From: an uncultured Methanosarcinales archaeon
GTDB lineage: Archaea > Nanobdellota > Nanobdellia > Woesearchaeales > CAZYIM01
DNA: 64,000 nucleotides
Assembly (NCBI GenBank): GCA_964647565.1
Contig: CAZYIM010000007.1
Coordinates: forward strand, 1 to 64,000
Reading direction: 5' to 3'
Shown here: piece by piece, positions 17,678 to 27,515 of the stretch
How positions within the stretch are numbered: position 1 is the first letter of the stretch
Layout: each line of letters begins with the position of its first letter
Program-made: the position numbers and the translations under genes
Notes under the pieces: generated by a model
Database searches by the model: none
What the model was told of the DNA's origin: nothing
What the model saw: the letters and a program-made list of their open reading frames with translations, nothing else

Positions 17678-18022
17678 TTACCCAAATCCGCCTGTCCCGA
17701 TTTTCAACAACACCCGCCTAATCTCTTCAAGGGTCTCTTTTTGGTGTTTCTTGTCCGACATGCGGACAAACATGATCAAGATATCTATGAGTTCTTCTTC
17801 TGAGAAGAACTTCAGCTTATAACCATCTACAAGGAAATATAATCTGAACTTCTTATATTTCAATTCCTTGATAACTATACCCCCAACAGTGCCCAGCCTC
17901 TTACCCTTATGAGGATTGTTTTCAAGAGTATATATTAGGTCGATTATCTTATTGGCCTCGTATCTAGAGAATCTTTTTTTGATCTCAAGTACCAAAGACC
18001 TGACTAGTTCAACCTTTACCAT
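17678..18022 (-). CDS. RelE-like toxin
   Basis: LENNPHKGK.LG...IKELKYKKFRLYF pattern; coupled to a small upstream gene. Confidence 0.65.
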   Translation of the reverse strand: MVKVELVRSLVLEIKKRFSRYEANKIIDLIYTLENNPHKGKRLGTVGGIVIKELKYKKFRLYFLVDGYKLKFFSEEELIDILIMFVRMSDKKHQKETLEEIRRVLLKIGTGGFG

Positions 18023-18215
18023 TTTTATGGTTTATGATCTTCCTGGCCTCTTCTAGAGTAACAGTGTTCTTCGATGACATCAAGAACTCTCTCAATTGCT
18101 CCTTGACAGCCAGCTTGTACATCATCTTGATGATATCCTCGTAGGTATCTCCCTTGGCGCCAAAGGTACTAATCAGTTCCTTGGCCTCTTTGCTTAGTTG
18201 TATTGTAGATAACAT
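18009..18215 (-). CDS. Small RHH-like antitoxin
   Basis: STIQLS.E.KE.I...G.KGDTYEDII...TLEEAR. Start at ATG 18215, preceded by three tatagt repeats at a 9-bp period (18218-18241). Confidence 0.7.
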   Translation of the reverse strand: MLSTIQLSKEAKELISTFGAKGDTYEDIIKMMYKLAVKEQLREFLMSSKNTVTLEEARKIINHKNGKG

Positions 18216-18386
18216 TCTATAGTCAGTATAGTGGCTATAGTTTATAAGATTTTCCATTTATAGCTATCTTATAACTAGGCTTTAAAAGAATTATCAAAGA
18301 CTTTCCAGAGGATTTCCGACAATGAAGATTCATTTATCACTTTACAAGAGTAATATTTATAAAGTTCTGGCCAATTCTGTCAAAAG

Positions 18387-19463
18387 ATGGTAGGAATAAA
18401 ACTTCACAAGGACAATAATCAGAACTATGGTTTTGATTTTAAATTGACTCACAAGGCAAATATAGGTCCGTTTCTATGGAAAATGGCTACAAACACCAGT
18501 TTTCCATATCTAAAGAACATGGCTTCATATACAGCACAGTCCATGTTCAGCACTAATGACAACGAATATAAGAGAGCTATAAACAACCTGACCATCAATG
18601 CAACAGGCAAATGCAATAAGAGCTGCAAAGGCTGTTATGCTGAGAACTATACCCCTGATGCACTGGGATATGACCTTTTGGACTCTATCGTAGGCCAGGC
18701 CGAAGATAATTTCGATGTTTTTGCATATACCATCCTGGGAGGAGAACCTCTGCTTGAAAAAGAGAGCCTGATCCCTCTTTTTGAAAAGTACAAGAAATCA
18801 AAATTCGTTGTATTCACCAACGGCACACTGCTCGATGAACGCACTGCATACTCCTTCAGCAAGTCAGGTAATGTCTATCCAGTAATCAACATACCTGGCC
18901 TTGAAAAGACAACCGATAATATCAGGGGTAAGGGCAGCTTTGATGAAGTAAGGGCAACTGCTGAAGGCCTCAGGAAGAATAAGGTGCCCTTTGGCTTTGG
19001 CTCTAATGTCATGTCCATCAACTATAAGGAAGTCACATCTGACCGGTTCATTAATCAAATGATGAATATGGGTTTCATGTTCGGCATGTTCTTCCCATAC
19101 TCGCACCATCTGGCAGCAGATGGAGACATTTCATTAGAATTGCAGAATGAAAACAAGCAAGAGTACCAGACAAGATTTAGCGGATTAAAGAAAAGATCCT
19201 TGCTGATCGTGGACAGGATGGAACTATATCCAGAAGGCGCTTGTGCAGCCATCGAAGGTACAAATATAAATGTTACTAACGACGGTTTTGTGACGCCCTG
19301 CTTAATTGCACCATTCAAATCAGAAAAATTTAATGTCCGAAACAGGCCATTTGCAGATATTGTCAACGATATACATAAAAAGATTTCTCATGTATCTCAA
19401 GATGGTAAAACCTGTTTGGGAGAAATGAACCTAGAAACTATAGAAACAACATTAGTAAAATAA
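18387..19463 (+). CDS. Radical SAM protein with SPASM/twitch-like C-terminus
   Basis: CNKSCKGC, GGEPL, FTNGTL and C...G...PC motifs. Confidence 0.9.
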   Translation: MVGIKLHKDNNQNYGFDFKLTHKANIGPFLWKMATNTSFPYLKNMASYTAQSMFSTNDNEYKRAINNLTINATGKCNKSCKGCYAENYTPDALGYDLLDSIVGQAEDNFDVFAYTILGGEPLLEKESLIPLFEKYKKSKFVVFTNGTLLDERTAYSFSKSGNVYPVINIPGLEKTTDNIRGKGSFDEVRATAEGLRKNKVPFGFGSNVMSINYKEVTSDRFINQMMNMGFMFGMFFPYSHHLAADGDISLELQNENKQEYQTRFSGLKKRSLLIVDRMELYPEGACAAIEGTNINVTNDGFVTPCLIAPFKSEKFNVRNRPFADIVNDIHKKISHVSQDGKTCLGEMNLETIETTLVK

Positions 19464-19474
19464 AAAAAAATAAA

Positions 19475-19508
19475 ACGCTTAGAAATTTTTTAACAAAATT
19501 TCTGGCGT
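19475..19508. repeat. REP-like palindrome between convergent genes
   Basis: acgc-tt-agaaatttt-ttaac-aaaatttct-g-gcgt. Confidence 0.65.
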
Positions 19509-19548
19509 CTCTTTTTTAATAAAAAAGTAAAAAAGAGATAAAAAAAAA

Positions 19549-22500
19549 CTAATTTCTTTTCAAGGCTTCGTCAACAGCTTTTTCGTCCCAGCCGACTTTA
19601 AGCAGGTCAACTCTAATGTCTTTCTTGCTCTTGTCCTTGGAGAGGCTCTTCTTGACATATTTGTCGAGCTTCTTCATAGCTTCCTGCTCTTCCTTATCCT
19701 GGTTTTTTAAATCTTTTTTCTTCTCAAGCTCTTTTCGCTTTTTCTCAAGCGCATCATCGACAACATTTTCTTTCCAGCCAGCTTTGATCAGGCTCGTCCT
19801 TATGACACTGACAGCCTTGTCCTCGCCGACCATCTTATCTATGAAGTCATTGAGCTTCTTGGCGTCTTTACTAGGCTCATGCACATCGTGTTCCTTGAGA
19901 TGCTCATGTGTTATCTTCTTATGCCTGTGATATTCAACATAGGCAAGGCCTCCTATCAGCACAACTGCTGCCAAGCATATTAGGATCCACCATACAAGAG
20001 AAGGTATGGGTCCCCTTTCTGAGCCTTCATCTTCAATCGTATCATCATCTGCAACCACATCTCCTGTTGGCGGCGGCACATCAGGCGCAGGCACATCAGG
20101 CGCAGGCACATCAGGCGCAGGCGCAACTACCTCTTCTTTCTCACCTATCATGAAATAGCTAAAGCCAGTGGCTGTCGCACTATAGTAGACATAGACATCA
20201 TCATCTGAAAGCACAGTTGTATCAAGCATCACCCAACTGGAGCCATCATACCTATAAAGAGCGACCTGTTCCTTGTTCATGCCTTGTTCTGCCAACCAGC
20301 TCTTCTTGACCCTAAAGTCAATAGTAGCTTTCTCAATATCGCTGTTCTCAAAGTAGACCTTTTGGATGTCCAGGTATTGATAGGCCTTTAATGCGAATGA
20401 TGCTGCATCTGATGGAGCTGATGATTTCAAGGTAACGATGATCTTGGCAATATTAAACTCCTTGATAAGGCTGAAACTTACATATGTCACATCTATCTCT
20501 TCCTTATTGACATTCAGCCTCTTAGTCTCTCCTGCCTTGATATCAGTCCACATGCCAGCCCTCTGGGGATCTGTTGCAGCTGCTCCACCGCTGCTGCCTC
20601 CGATTATCCCTTCAGCTTCTGTGACAGCAACTGAATAGGTCACATTATATGAGCTTGCCATCACATTGCCGGCTGAGTCATTACAAAGGATGTAATACGC
20701 CTCAGCAGCATCATCAGCAGTATAGCTGACAACATGCGTATGGTTCTGAGTGCCCGTGGTGTCCATATCAGTCATGTTCACAAAGGCAGTTCCCGCTGTT
20801 GTACTGTACCTGCAGGTGCCTGCTTCATCTGTATCGACATATACAGTGACATCAAGCTGTGTCTCTGTGGTTGACTGCTCGCCTGTCGGACCGCCAGAGA
20901 CAGCTGAAGGTGGCACACTATCTGCAATCGAGAAGTTATGCACTGTTAACCTTGACTGGTTTTTCAAGTCTGAACAGTTCACCCTGATATCATAGTTGCC
21001 GTTGCTCAAGGCACTAAATGCCACTGTAAATGTGTATATAGTACCTGTCTGGGCTGCAGCATCACCAGCTGCAAGCGCAGCGGTAGCATAGGATCCTGTT
21101 CCGTTGGTCAGGTTATAGACACAGAAACTGGCGGCAGGATTTGCCTCCTTGGCTGTAAAGTTCAGGGTAAAGTAGCTGTTGGTCAATAGGGTATTGTTGA
21201 CCGGATTGTTTATGGTCACTATCGGCGCCAATGTATCATTGACCAATGCACCTCCTGAAAGATGTGGCAGATAGAGCGTTGTATTTGCTGTTGTATTCAC
21301 AAAACAAGCTTCTGCAGGAATTGTAACTGAAGCAGGCGCAAGATTATTAGCACATTGTGCCAGACTATAGGTCTCAGTACCTGCATCATCTGCAATATAG
21401 ATCACATCCAGATCGCCAAGTACCTGGTCAAAGAACAATGCAACTGTATCGTAGGCATCATCTGCCAGGAAATCACTCATATCTGAGAAAAGCACTATCT
21501 GAGTGACATTAGTTCCAGTATTATTTCCAACACTTTCAGACTCTGTAGAGGTTATGTTGATGTCAATTGTAAACGTCTGGTTCCAGTTGACATCCAAGCC
21601 GTCAAAGGACGGTATCTCCACAGCAACATCAGTTCCGCTGCTATTGACAGTGAAGTTCATCGAGAGGGTCTTGTTGACAAAGATACTCTCGTTTCCAGAG
21701 ATGTCTGTAGCATTGTCCAGGATTATTATATCTGACAGTACACCTGCACCTGATGCCGCTATAAGGGAATTCTCAGTCTCGGAGAGATTGACTGCCCTGT
21801 TTACTTTGAATACAAGATTCCTAGGATCTCCCATGTTACCCGCCTCATCAATAGATCTAAAGACAGCTGTATGCCTTCCAGCTGAAAGACCGGTCAGAGT
21901 AGTCGTCTGGGTACCATTAGCAGTTGTGCTCTGAGTCCAGACACCACCATCAACAGAGATATTGGCTGTGGATAGGTTACCCTCAAAAATCGTCCAGCTC
22001 AGGCTGGCATTGCCATCTGCATTCGTAAAGACAGTATCATTCGCTGTATTCACAACTATATCAGGCGTCAATGAATCAACATAGATAAGCGTTGTATTGT
22101 CATTAAAGGTATTGCCTGCTTCGTCAGGTCCAGACAACCACACGCGGCTATCACCACCTCCAGCACTTACAGTCATACTTCCGTTGAAGATATAGATGTT
22201 GCCTACGTGGGCAATCTCAGTAAGGTTAACCCTATCTGCAGGAGTATTTCCCGATTGCACATAGCTCATGTTCTGTTCAGTCAGGTTGACCCATACAACA
22301 ATTGCTTGTCCAGGTCTCACATAACCATCACTAATCACTATCTGGTTGACTACAGGCGTTGTATCATCTATCACAAAGGCAACTGTGTTATCTGTTGCCT
22401 GGTTAGCTGCATTATCAAGAGCCACAACATTGACAGGAGAAGCCCCGTTCAACAGATTGATCTGACCAGTCCAATTGTCCCCATTATTGACCCGAGTCAA

Positions 22501-25401
22501 GGCAGTGCCCTCCGCAGTCACAGACAATATAGATGCGTCTGTAACATTGACAGTCACTGTAACAGCTGTATTGTTCTGCACATAGCTGTCAGAAAGCACA
22601 ACATTATTGATTGCAGGTGCTGTGTCATCAATAGTATATGTAACACTGCTATTGATTGCTACATTTCCAGCTATATCCACTGCTATAACATCGACTGCAT
22701 TGGTTGAGCCGTTGATCAATGTTATAGTGCCATTATAGTCAGTGGCATTGATCCTGGTCAGATTGACGCCTTCAGCTGTAACATTCCTTATAGTATTGGT
22801 ATCTGTTACAGTCACCTGGATAAAGACCTGTGTATTGTTCTGCACATATGTGTCATTCACAGTTATTGTCTCGAAAACAGGCGCAGTGTCATCTATGGTC
22901 ACTGTTGTTGTCTCAGTAACATTGATATTTGCCACATCATCAGTTGCATTGATGGTGATGGTGCATACCCCGTCTGTAGTGCATCCTAATGCAGTACCAT
23001 TAGTAGTCACAGTATAGAGTGTTCCTCCAGCGCTGGCCATTGTCACACCATTAGCTAGTACAGTACCTGATCCAAAGTTGGCATCAGTGACAGTAACATT
23101 GACCACAAAGTCAGTAGTGCTCTTGACTGCATTATCAGCACCAGTAACAACAATACCAGTCACTCTGGGCGCAACATCATCAATAGTGAACTCAAGTGTT
23201 GTTGTATCATTGTAGTTGCCGGCCTGGTCTGTTGCATTGAAAGTCAATGTACAGTTGCCTTCCACTCCAGTAGTACATCCAAGAGTCTCTGGCTGCACAT
23301 TCAACCTGAAATATCCTGTTGTGTTGGTGATGGCTGTAGAGGTGCCCCCACTCAAAACAAGGACAGTTCCAGTTCCAAACAGGTTGTCGCTTACAGAGAC
23401 ATTCAAGTGCATCCATGCGTCGGATTGCAATAATTTAGGTGTTATGTTCATCTGAGGATTATTTACAGTCGGCTTGGTGCCGTCAATCCTATAAGTGAAG
23501 TTCTGCTGGTTGTCAAATCCATTGGTATCCAGAGCAGTAACAGCTATGAGATAAGGTATGACCTCTACCCAAGCAGCAGGATCCAAGATGATCGAATAAG
23601 CTGTGGCTCCGCCTACACTTGTATTGGTGACAGTAGTCCAGACAGTTGTATCATTGTAGATTGTATAGTTCACATGATCCAGTCCAATTGAGGATGCCGC
23701 AGTCACATTTATGCTTTGTGTTGGCTTGATCACTGTAGCTGACGGAAGTGCACTCAATATCGGCATGTCCGACGGTGTTGCTGAGACAATGGCTGAAAGA
23801 TTTCCTATATTGCTGTCATCATCATATGCACCCACTCTGTACCAGTATTTCACGTTATTGGTCACAGCTGTATCTTCAAAATAAAGTGTACCTGTGCCCG
23901 TGACATTGGTCAATCTAGCCCAAGCGCCAGTCTTATTGGTATACAAGATGAAACCAGTCAAATCTGTGCAAGCAGTTGTATCGTTATTAGTGGTCACATT
24001 ATTCCAAGATATATTGACGGTTGCATTGCCTGCTGTAATCGCTGCTCCAGTCACTATGGCAGGAGCAAGGTCATCCACAGATGCATTGGCAGCAGTTGCA
24101 TTGACACCATAATTGGGTATCTCGTCATATGGAGAGACATCATACGAATATGATGTGCCGTCTGTTCGGCCTGTATCTGTATAAGTGACATTGTTAATAC
24201 CGATATTAGTCCTTATCAGGACATCATCCCTAAATATCCTGTATCCAACTGTATCAGCGCTCACACTCGCAGTCCAAGATATCAACAAGCTGCCCTCGTT
24301 ATTAGGTACATCAACTACAGTCAATCCTGCTACAGCAGTAGGTGCTAAACCATCTGTAGGTGTTGCAGGTGCAGGGTCCACAGGAGTTACGTTGAAGTTA
24401 CCTGAGGTATCTACAGCCACAACTGCAAAGCTATATGATGTAGTGTCTGTAAGGCCAGTCACATTGACAGTCAAGGTTCCAACAGCACTAATATTATTTG
24501 AGTTAGTCACGCTTGCTGCAGAGACATTGGTGATTGTTGCCTCATCATAATAGACATTGTAGTGGTCAAAATCAGCAGCAGCGCTCTGGGTCCACACAAG
24601 TGTAACGGTACCAGATGCGCCTGCAGTATCTGATGCATTTACATCAATAATAGGTGCAGGAGGCACAATGTCAGGCGTTGTCTTGGTCACCGTGTTAGAG
24701 GCGTCAGCTTCATTGGCTGAATAATCGTGGGCAGTCACAACATAGTAATATGTTGAGCTGTTCACAGTCACAGTGTCTGCGTAATACGTATTTGTAGTCT
24801 TTCCAAGCAGGTTTCCTGCTGCCTTGATGCCAACACTAGAGGTGCTTCTGTATACGCTGTAGTTGAGTACAGCAATGTTGTCATTAGGCGCGGTCCAGGA
24901 AAGGTTCACATTGGATGTGGAGAGGTTCACGTAGGTCAGATCAGCAATTGCAGAGGGGGCAGTTGTGTCATTTATTGTGACATTAAAATTGCTGATTGCA
25001 GCCGGGGCTCCAAGAGTCTTGTTGCCCTCATTTATAGCGATACCATTCACAAAGACAGCCACTTCATCGTTCTGCTGGCCTGACTTAACAAGCGAAGCAT
25101 TATTGTCCATAGCTATCCTTACGACAAATTGGTCTGTTGCTCCAGGAGTGTACGTAGCAAAGGTCTCGTAACCAGTGGTCGAGTTCCTCTTGTTGCCCGA
25201 AGCTCCCAGAGTGAAGTTAGTCAGCATGTTCGCTCCTTTGACTACAGATACGACCAGGAAATTATCATTTTGGTCAGCATAATAACCATCCAGGTTAATA
25301 TAACCCATCATAAAATGGTCTGTCTGTGGGATTGCCACAGTAAAGTTAGACAAAATCAGTGCTAATAATAGCACTAAGAATACCCCTCCTATTTTCCTCA
25401 T
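19549..25401 (-). CDS. 1950-aa membrane-anchored surface glycoprotein (FN3, Ig-like, PGF-pre-PGF, TM, cytoplasmic repeats)
   Basis: Signal peptide; FN3 repeats (L.W....Y..Y...Y.V.A.D); D..AP Ig repeats; YQYLDI...ATGFSYFMIG; TM helix; many N-x-S/T sequons. Confidence 0.9.
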   Translation of the reverse strand: MRKIGGVFLVLLLALILSNFTVAIPQTDHFMMGYINLDGYYADQNDNFLVVSVVKGANMLTNFTLGASGNKRNSTTGYETFATYTPGATDQFVVRIAMDNNASLVKSGQQNDEVAVFVNGIAINEGNKTLGAPAAISNFNVTINDTTAPSAIADLTYVNLSTSNVNLSWTAPNDNIAVLNYSVYRSTSSVGIKAAGNLLGKTTNTYYADTVTVNSSTYYYVVTAHDYSANEADASNTVTKTTPDIVPPAPIIDVNASDTAGASGTVTLVWTQSAAADFDHYNVYYDEATITNVSAASVTNSNNISAVGTLTVNVTGLTDTTSYSFAVVAVDTSGNFNVTPVDPAPATPTDGLAPTAVAGLTVVDVPNNEGSLLISWTASVSADTVGYRIFRDDVLIRTNIGINNVTYTDTGRTDGTSYSYDVSPYDEIPNYGVNATAANASVDDLAPAIVTGAAITAGNATVNISWNNVTTNNDTTACTDLTGFILYTNKTGAWARLTNVTGTGTLYFEDTAVTNNVKYWYRVGAYDDDSNIGNLSAIVSATPSDMPILSALPSATVIKPTQSINVTAASSIGLDHVNYTIYNDTTVWTTVTNTSVGGATAYSIILDPAAWVEVIPYLIAVTALDTNGFDNQQNFTYRIDGTKPTVNNPQMNITPKLLQSDAWMHLNVSVSDNLFGTGTVLVLSGGTSTAITNTTGYFRLNVQPETLGCTTGVEGNCTLTFNATDQAGNYNDTTTLEFTIDDVAPRVTGIVVTGADNAVKSTTDFVVNVTVTDANFGSGTVLANGVTMASAGGTLYTVTTNGTALGCTTDGVCTITINATDDVANINVTETTTVTIDDTAPVFETITVNDTYVQNNTQVFIQVTVTDTNTIRNVTAEGVNLTRINATDYNGTITLINGSTNAVDVIAVDIAGNVAINSSVTYTIDDTAPAINNVVLSDSYVQNNTAVTVTVNVTDASILSVTAEGTALTRVNNGDNWTGQINLLNGASPVNVVALDNAANQATDNTVAFVIDDTTPVVNQIVISDGYVRPGQAIVVWVNLTEQNMSYVQSGNTPADRVNLTEIAHVGNIYIFNGSMTVSAGGGDSRVWLSGPDEAGNTFNDNTTLIYVDSLTPDIVVNTANDTVFTNADGNASLSWTIFEGNLSTANISVDGGVWTQSTTANGTQTTTLTGLSAGRHTAVFRSIDEAGNMGDPRNLVFKVNRAVNLSETENSLIAASGAGVLSDIIILDNATDISGNESIFVNKTLSMNFTVNSSGTDVAVEIPSFDGLDVNWNQTFTIDINITSTESESVGNNTGTNVTQIVLFSDMSDFLADDAYDTVALFFDQVLGDLDVIYIADDAGTETYSLAQCANNLAPASVTIPAEACFVNTTANTTLYLPHLSGGALVNDTLAPIVTINNPVNNTLLTNSYFTLNFTAKEANPAASFCVYNLTNGTGSYATAALAAGDAAAQTGTIYTFTVAFSALSNGNYDIRVNCSDLKNQSRLTVHNFSIADSVPPSAVSGGPTGEQSTTETQLDVTVYVDTDEAGTCRYSTTAGTAFVNMTDMDTTGTQNHTHVVSYTADDAAEAYYILCNDSAGNVMASSYNVTYSVAVTEAEGIIGGSSGGAAATDPQRAGMWTDIKAGETKRLNVNKEEIDVTYVSFSLIKEFNIAKIIVTLKSSAPSDAASFALKAYQYLDIQKVYFENSDIEKATIDFRVKKSWLAEQGMNKEQVALYRYDGSSWVMLDTTVLSDDDVYVYYSATATGFSYFMIGEKEEVVAPAPDVPAPDVPAPDVPPPTGDVVADDDTIEDEGSERGPIPSLVWWILICLAAVVLIGGLAYVEYHRHKKITHEHLKEHDVHEPSKDAKKLNDFIDKMVGEDKAVSVIRTSLIKAGWKENVVDDALEKKRKELEKKKDLKNQDKEEQEAMKKLDKYVKKSLSKDKSKKDIRVDLLKVGWDEKAVDEALKRN
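20075..20119 (-). repeat. 3 x 15-bp tandem repeat encoding an APDVP linker
   Basis: ggcacatcaggcgca occurs three times with no mismatch. Confidence 0.95.
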
Positions 25402-25445
25402 TTTTTTGCACCTCTTTTTGAGTTGGTTTTTTTAAAGTCAAAAAA

Positions 25446-25477
25446 ACACCAGAAATTCTTACAGAATTTCTCAGTGT
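25446..25477. repeat. REP-like palindrome inside the surface operon
   Basis: acac-c-agaaattct-tac-agaatttct-ca-gtgt, followed by a T-run on the minus strand. Confidence 0.65.
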
Positions 25478-25497
25478 CTTTTCGAAATTGTTTATCA

Positions 25498-26247
25498 TTA
25501 CTTATGTTTTTTCCAAATCTGTTTTTGTCTTTGGTGATGTTTTGGTTTTTTGTGTATATTCATATAAACAAAGACTATGATTGCAATGACCACTACTATG
25601 ACGAGTAACCATATCCACCAAGTGCTGCTGGTGTCCTCTGTACCTGCAGGCTCCTCACCCTTAGGCGCTGTGTCGTCTCCTGTTTCAGGTTCTTGATCAT
25701 CTGCAGGCGGCTCGTCTCCTGTCTCAAGAGGCTCTTCGTCATCACCTGTGGTTATGGTGACTCCTGGATCATCCTCTTCAGGATTCAGCTCTTTGCCCTC
25801 CATGGTGTCAGTTGCGTCAGAGTTAACAACCTTGATCTGCTCCCTGGTTGTCAAGGTAGGCTCGCGACCAGTTGCAACAACTGTTATCAACAACTCTTCT
25901 GTCTCACCCATGCCGCCGACAATAAGAGGGTTTTCTTCTATAGGGTAGCCGTCAACATATATCTCGAACGTATCTCCCTCGCAAGCAGCTGAAATCATGG
26001 TAGAGCATTCACTATCAAGAGGAATTTTCAGTATATAGTTGTCAGTATCCCTATCACCCATCTGGTAAAATTCAAGAGTCTGGCCGTCAACCTGAGCTGT
26101 AACAATATGATCTGTATTGACCTTGGTCAACATCAGGTTGTTGAACTTGACTCGCCCATACACACTAAAGGGCGGTATAGGTATAGCCAGGCTTGAGGCC
26201 ATTAATATGAAAATAAAAAATAAACACAAAAAAATAGTTTTTCTCAT
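25498..26247 (-). CDS. Membrane-anchored secreted protein (249 aa)
   Basis: Signal peptide, a domain homologous to the 1950-aa N-terminus, an acidic linker and a C-terminal TM helix. Confidence 0.85.
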   Translation of the reverse strand: MRKTIFLCLFFIFILMASSLAIPIPPFSVYGRVKFNNLMLTKVNTDHIVTAQVDGQTLEFYQMGDRDTDNYILKIPLDSECSTMISAACEGDTFEIYVDGYPIEENPLIVGGMGETEELLITVVATGREPTLTTREQIKVVNSDATDTMEGKELNPEEDDPGVTITTGDDEEPLETGDEPPADDQEPETGDDTAPKGEEPAGTEDTSSTWWIWLLVIVVVIAIIVFVYMNIHKKPKHHQRQKQIWKKHK

Positions 26248-26248
26248 T

Positions 26249-27514
26249 TTAGCTCAGGCTCCATGTGTCAGTTGCAGTACCATACAGCCAGAAGCCTCTT
26301 CCCGGATACAAGGTGGAAAGATCGTTTAGGAACGACAAGCTCGGATCAGAATAGTAAACCCTGAAGACACCGCTTGAGAATCCCCACATAGATGAGTAGG
26401 ATCCGTCAATTGAGGTCATAGCAGTAGCCACATCCAGTCCGTCTGAATCAATTGAATTCAATCCGACCAGGTTCCATCCAGAAACAATCGCAACACTGTC
26501 TGTATTTGCATCGCCAGCAAACAATAGATTATCTGCGCCGGTCATGGACAGCCAGTATCCCTTGCCTGGCACAATATTGGTCAGGTCATTCAGAAACGAC
26601 AAGCTCGGATCAGAATAATACACCTGGAACACTCCACTGGTGAATCCCCAGACAGATACATAGTTGCCGTCAATGCTTGACAAGGCCCCTCCAACTGACG
26701 CATTATCCAGATCAACAGGTGTGCTGAACAGGTTCCAACCGGATATCAAGGATATGTTAACACTGACTACACCTGTTCCATTGCTGACATTGATTATGGT
26801 GGTTGCACTTGCATCCCTTGCATTGTCAGATGTGATGCTGACATTGAAATCATAATCCATTCCAGGCGGCAAAGGAGGAAGCTGCAGGTTCCATGTTATG
26901 TACTTGGTAGTCGATTCAGAGACATCTATGACAATGTCTGTCTTGTTCTCAGTGCCATTGATAGTACCGTTCAGGGTTGTGGTCAGGATGATATCAATGT
27001 TCCTTATATCTACCTGTGATTGGCTTGTTGTTATTGCCAGCGTCACAGAGACATTGTTATCAGTTCCATTGGTGACAGTGTAGTTGTCGTCGCTAAAAGT
27101 TGGTGTTATGGTCTGTGGCGGCAATACATTGACAACTGTACTCTTCGAAGCGATGTTATTGCTGTCGTCTGAGTGCGTAAAGGTCCATGTTATGGTCCTT
27201 CCATGAATATTCAACATACAAGCAAGACCTACTCCTGTGATCTCAAAGGTCGTCGAAGGATTTGAACCAGTGACTTGTTTGCTTGATGAGTCAAGCTGTA
27301 TACAGCTGGTTGAGAAGCCGCTTGGCTCAATGGTCACTGTGTCTGTCGTTGCTCCTATATCCGAGCAAGTCACAGTCACATCCTCGCTGCTGCCCTGTAT
27401 GACAGCCATAGAAGAGGCGACAGTACAGGTTGTTGCTGTTGCCATGCCTGCCAAGATAACAAGCATCAATGTCATTATTGCCAACAGGATTGTCTTTTTC
27501 ATTTTAGTCATCAT
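26249..27514 (-). CDS. Secreted protein with two GWNL...PGxGY/FW repeats
   Basis: Signal peptide; duplicated C-terminal domain with identical YYSDPSLSFLNDL. Confidence 0.85.
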   Translation of the reverse strand: MMTKMKKTILLAIMTLMLVILAGMATATTCTVASSMAVIQGSSEDVTVTCSDIGATTDTVTIEPSGFSTSCIQLDSSSKQVTGSNPSTTFEITGVGLACMLNIHGRTITWTFTHSDDSNNIASKSTVVNVLPPQTITPTFSDDNYTVTNGTDNNVSVTLAITTSQSQVDIRNIDIILTTTLNGTINGTENKTDIVIDVSESTTKYITWNLQLPPLPPGMDYDFNVSITSDNARDASATTIINVSNGTGVVSVNISLISGWNLFSTPVDLDNASVGGALSSIDGNYVSVWGFTSGVFQVYYSDPSLSFLNDLTNIVPGKGYWLSMTGADNLLFAGDANTDSVAIVSGWNLVGLNSIDSDGLDVATAMTSIDGSYSSMWGFSSGVFRVYYSDPSLSFLNDLSTLYPGRGFWLYGTATDTWSLS

Positions 27515-27515
27515 T

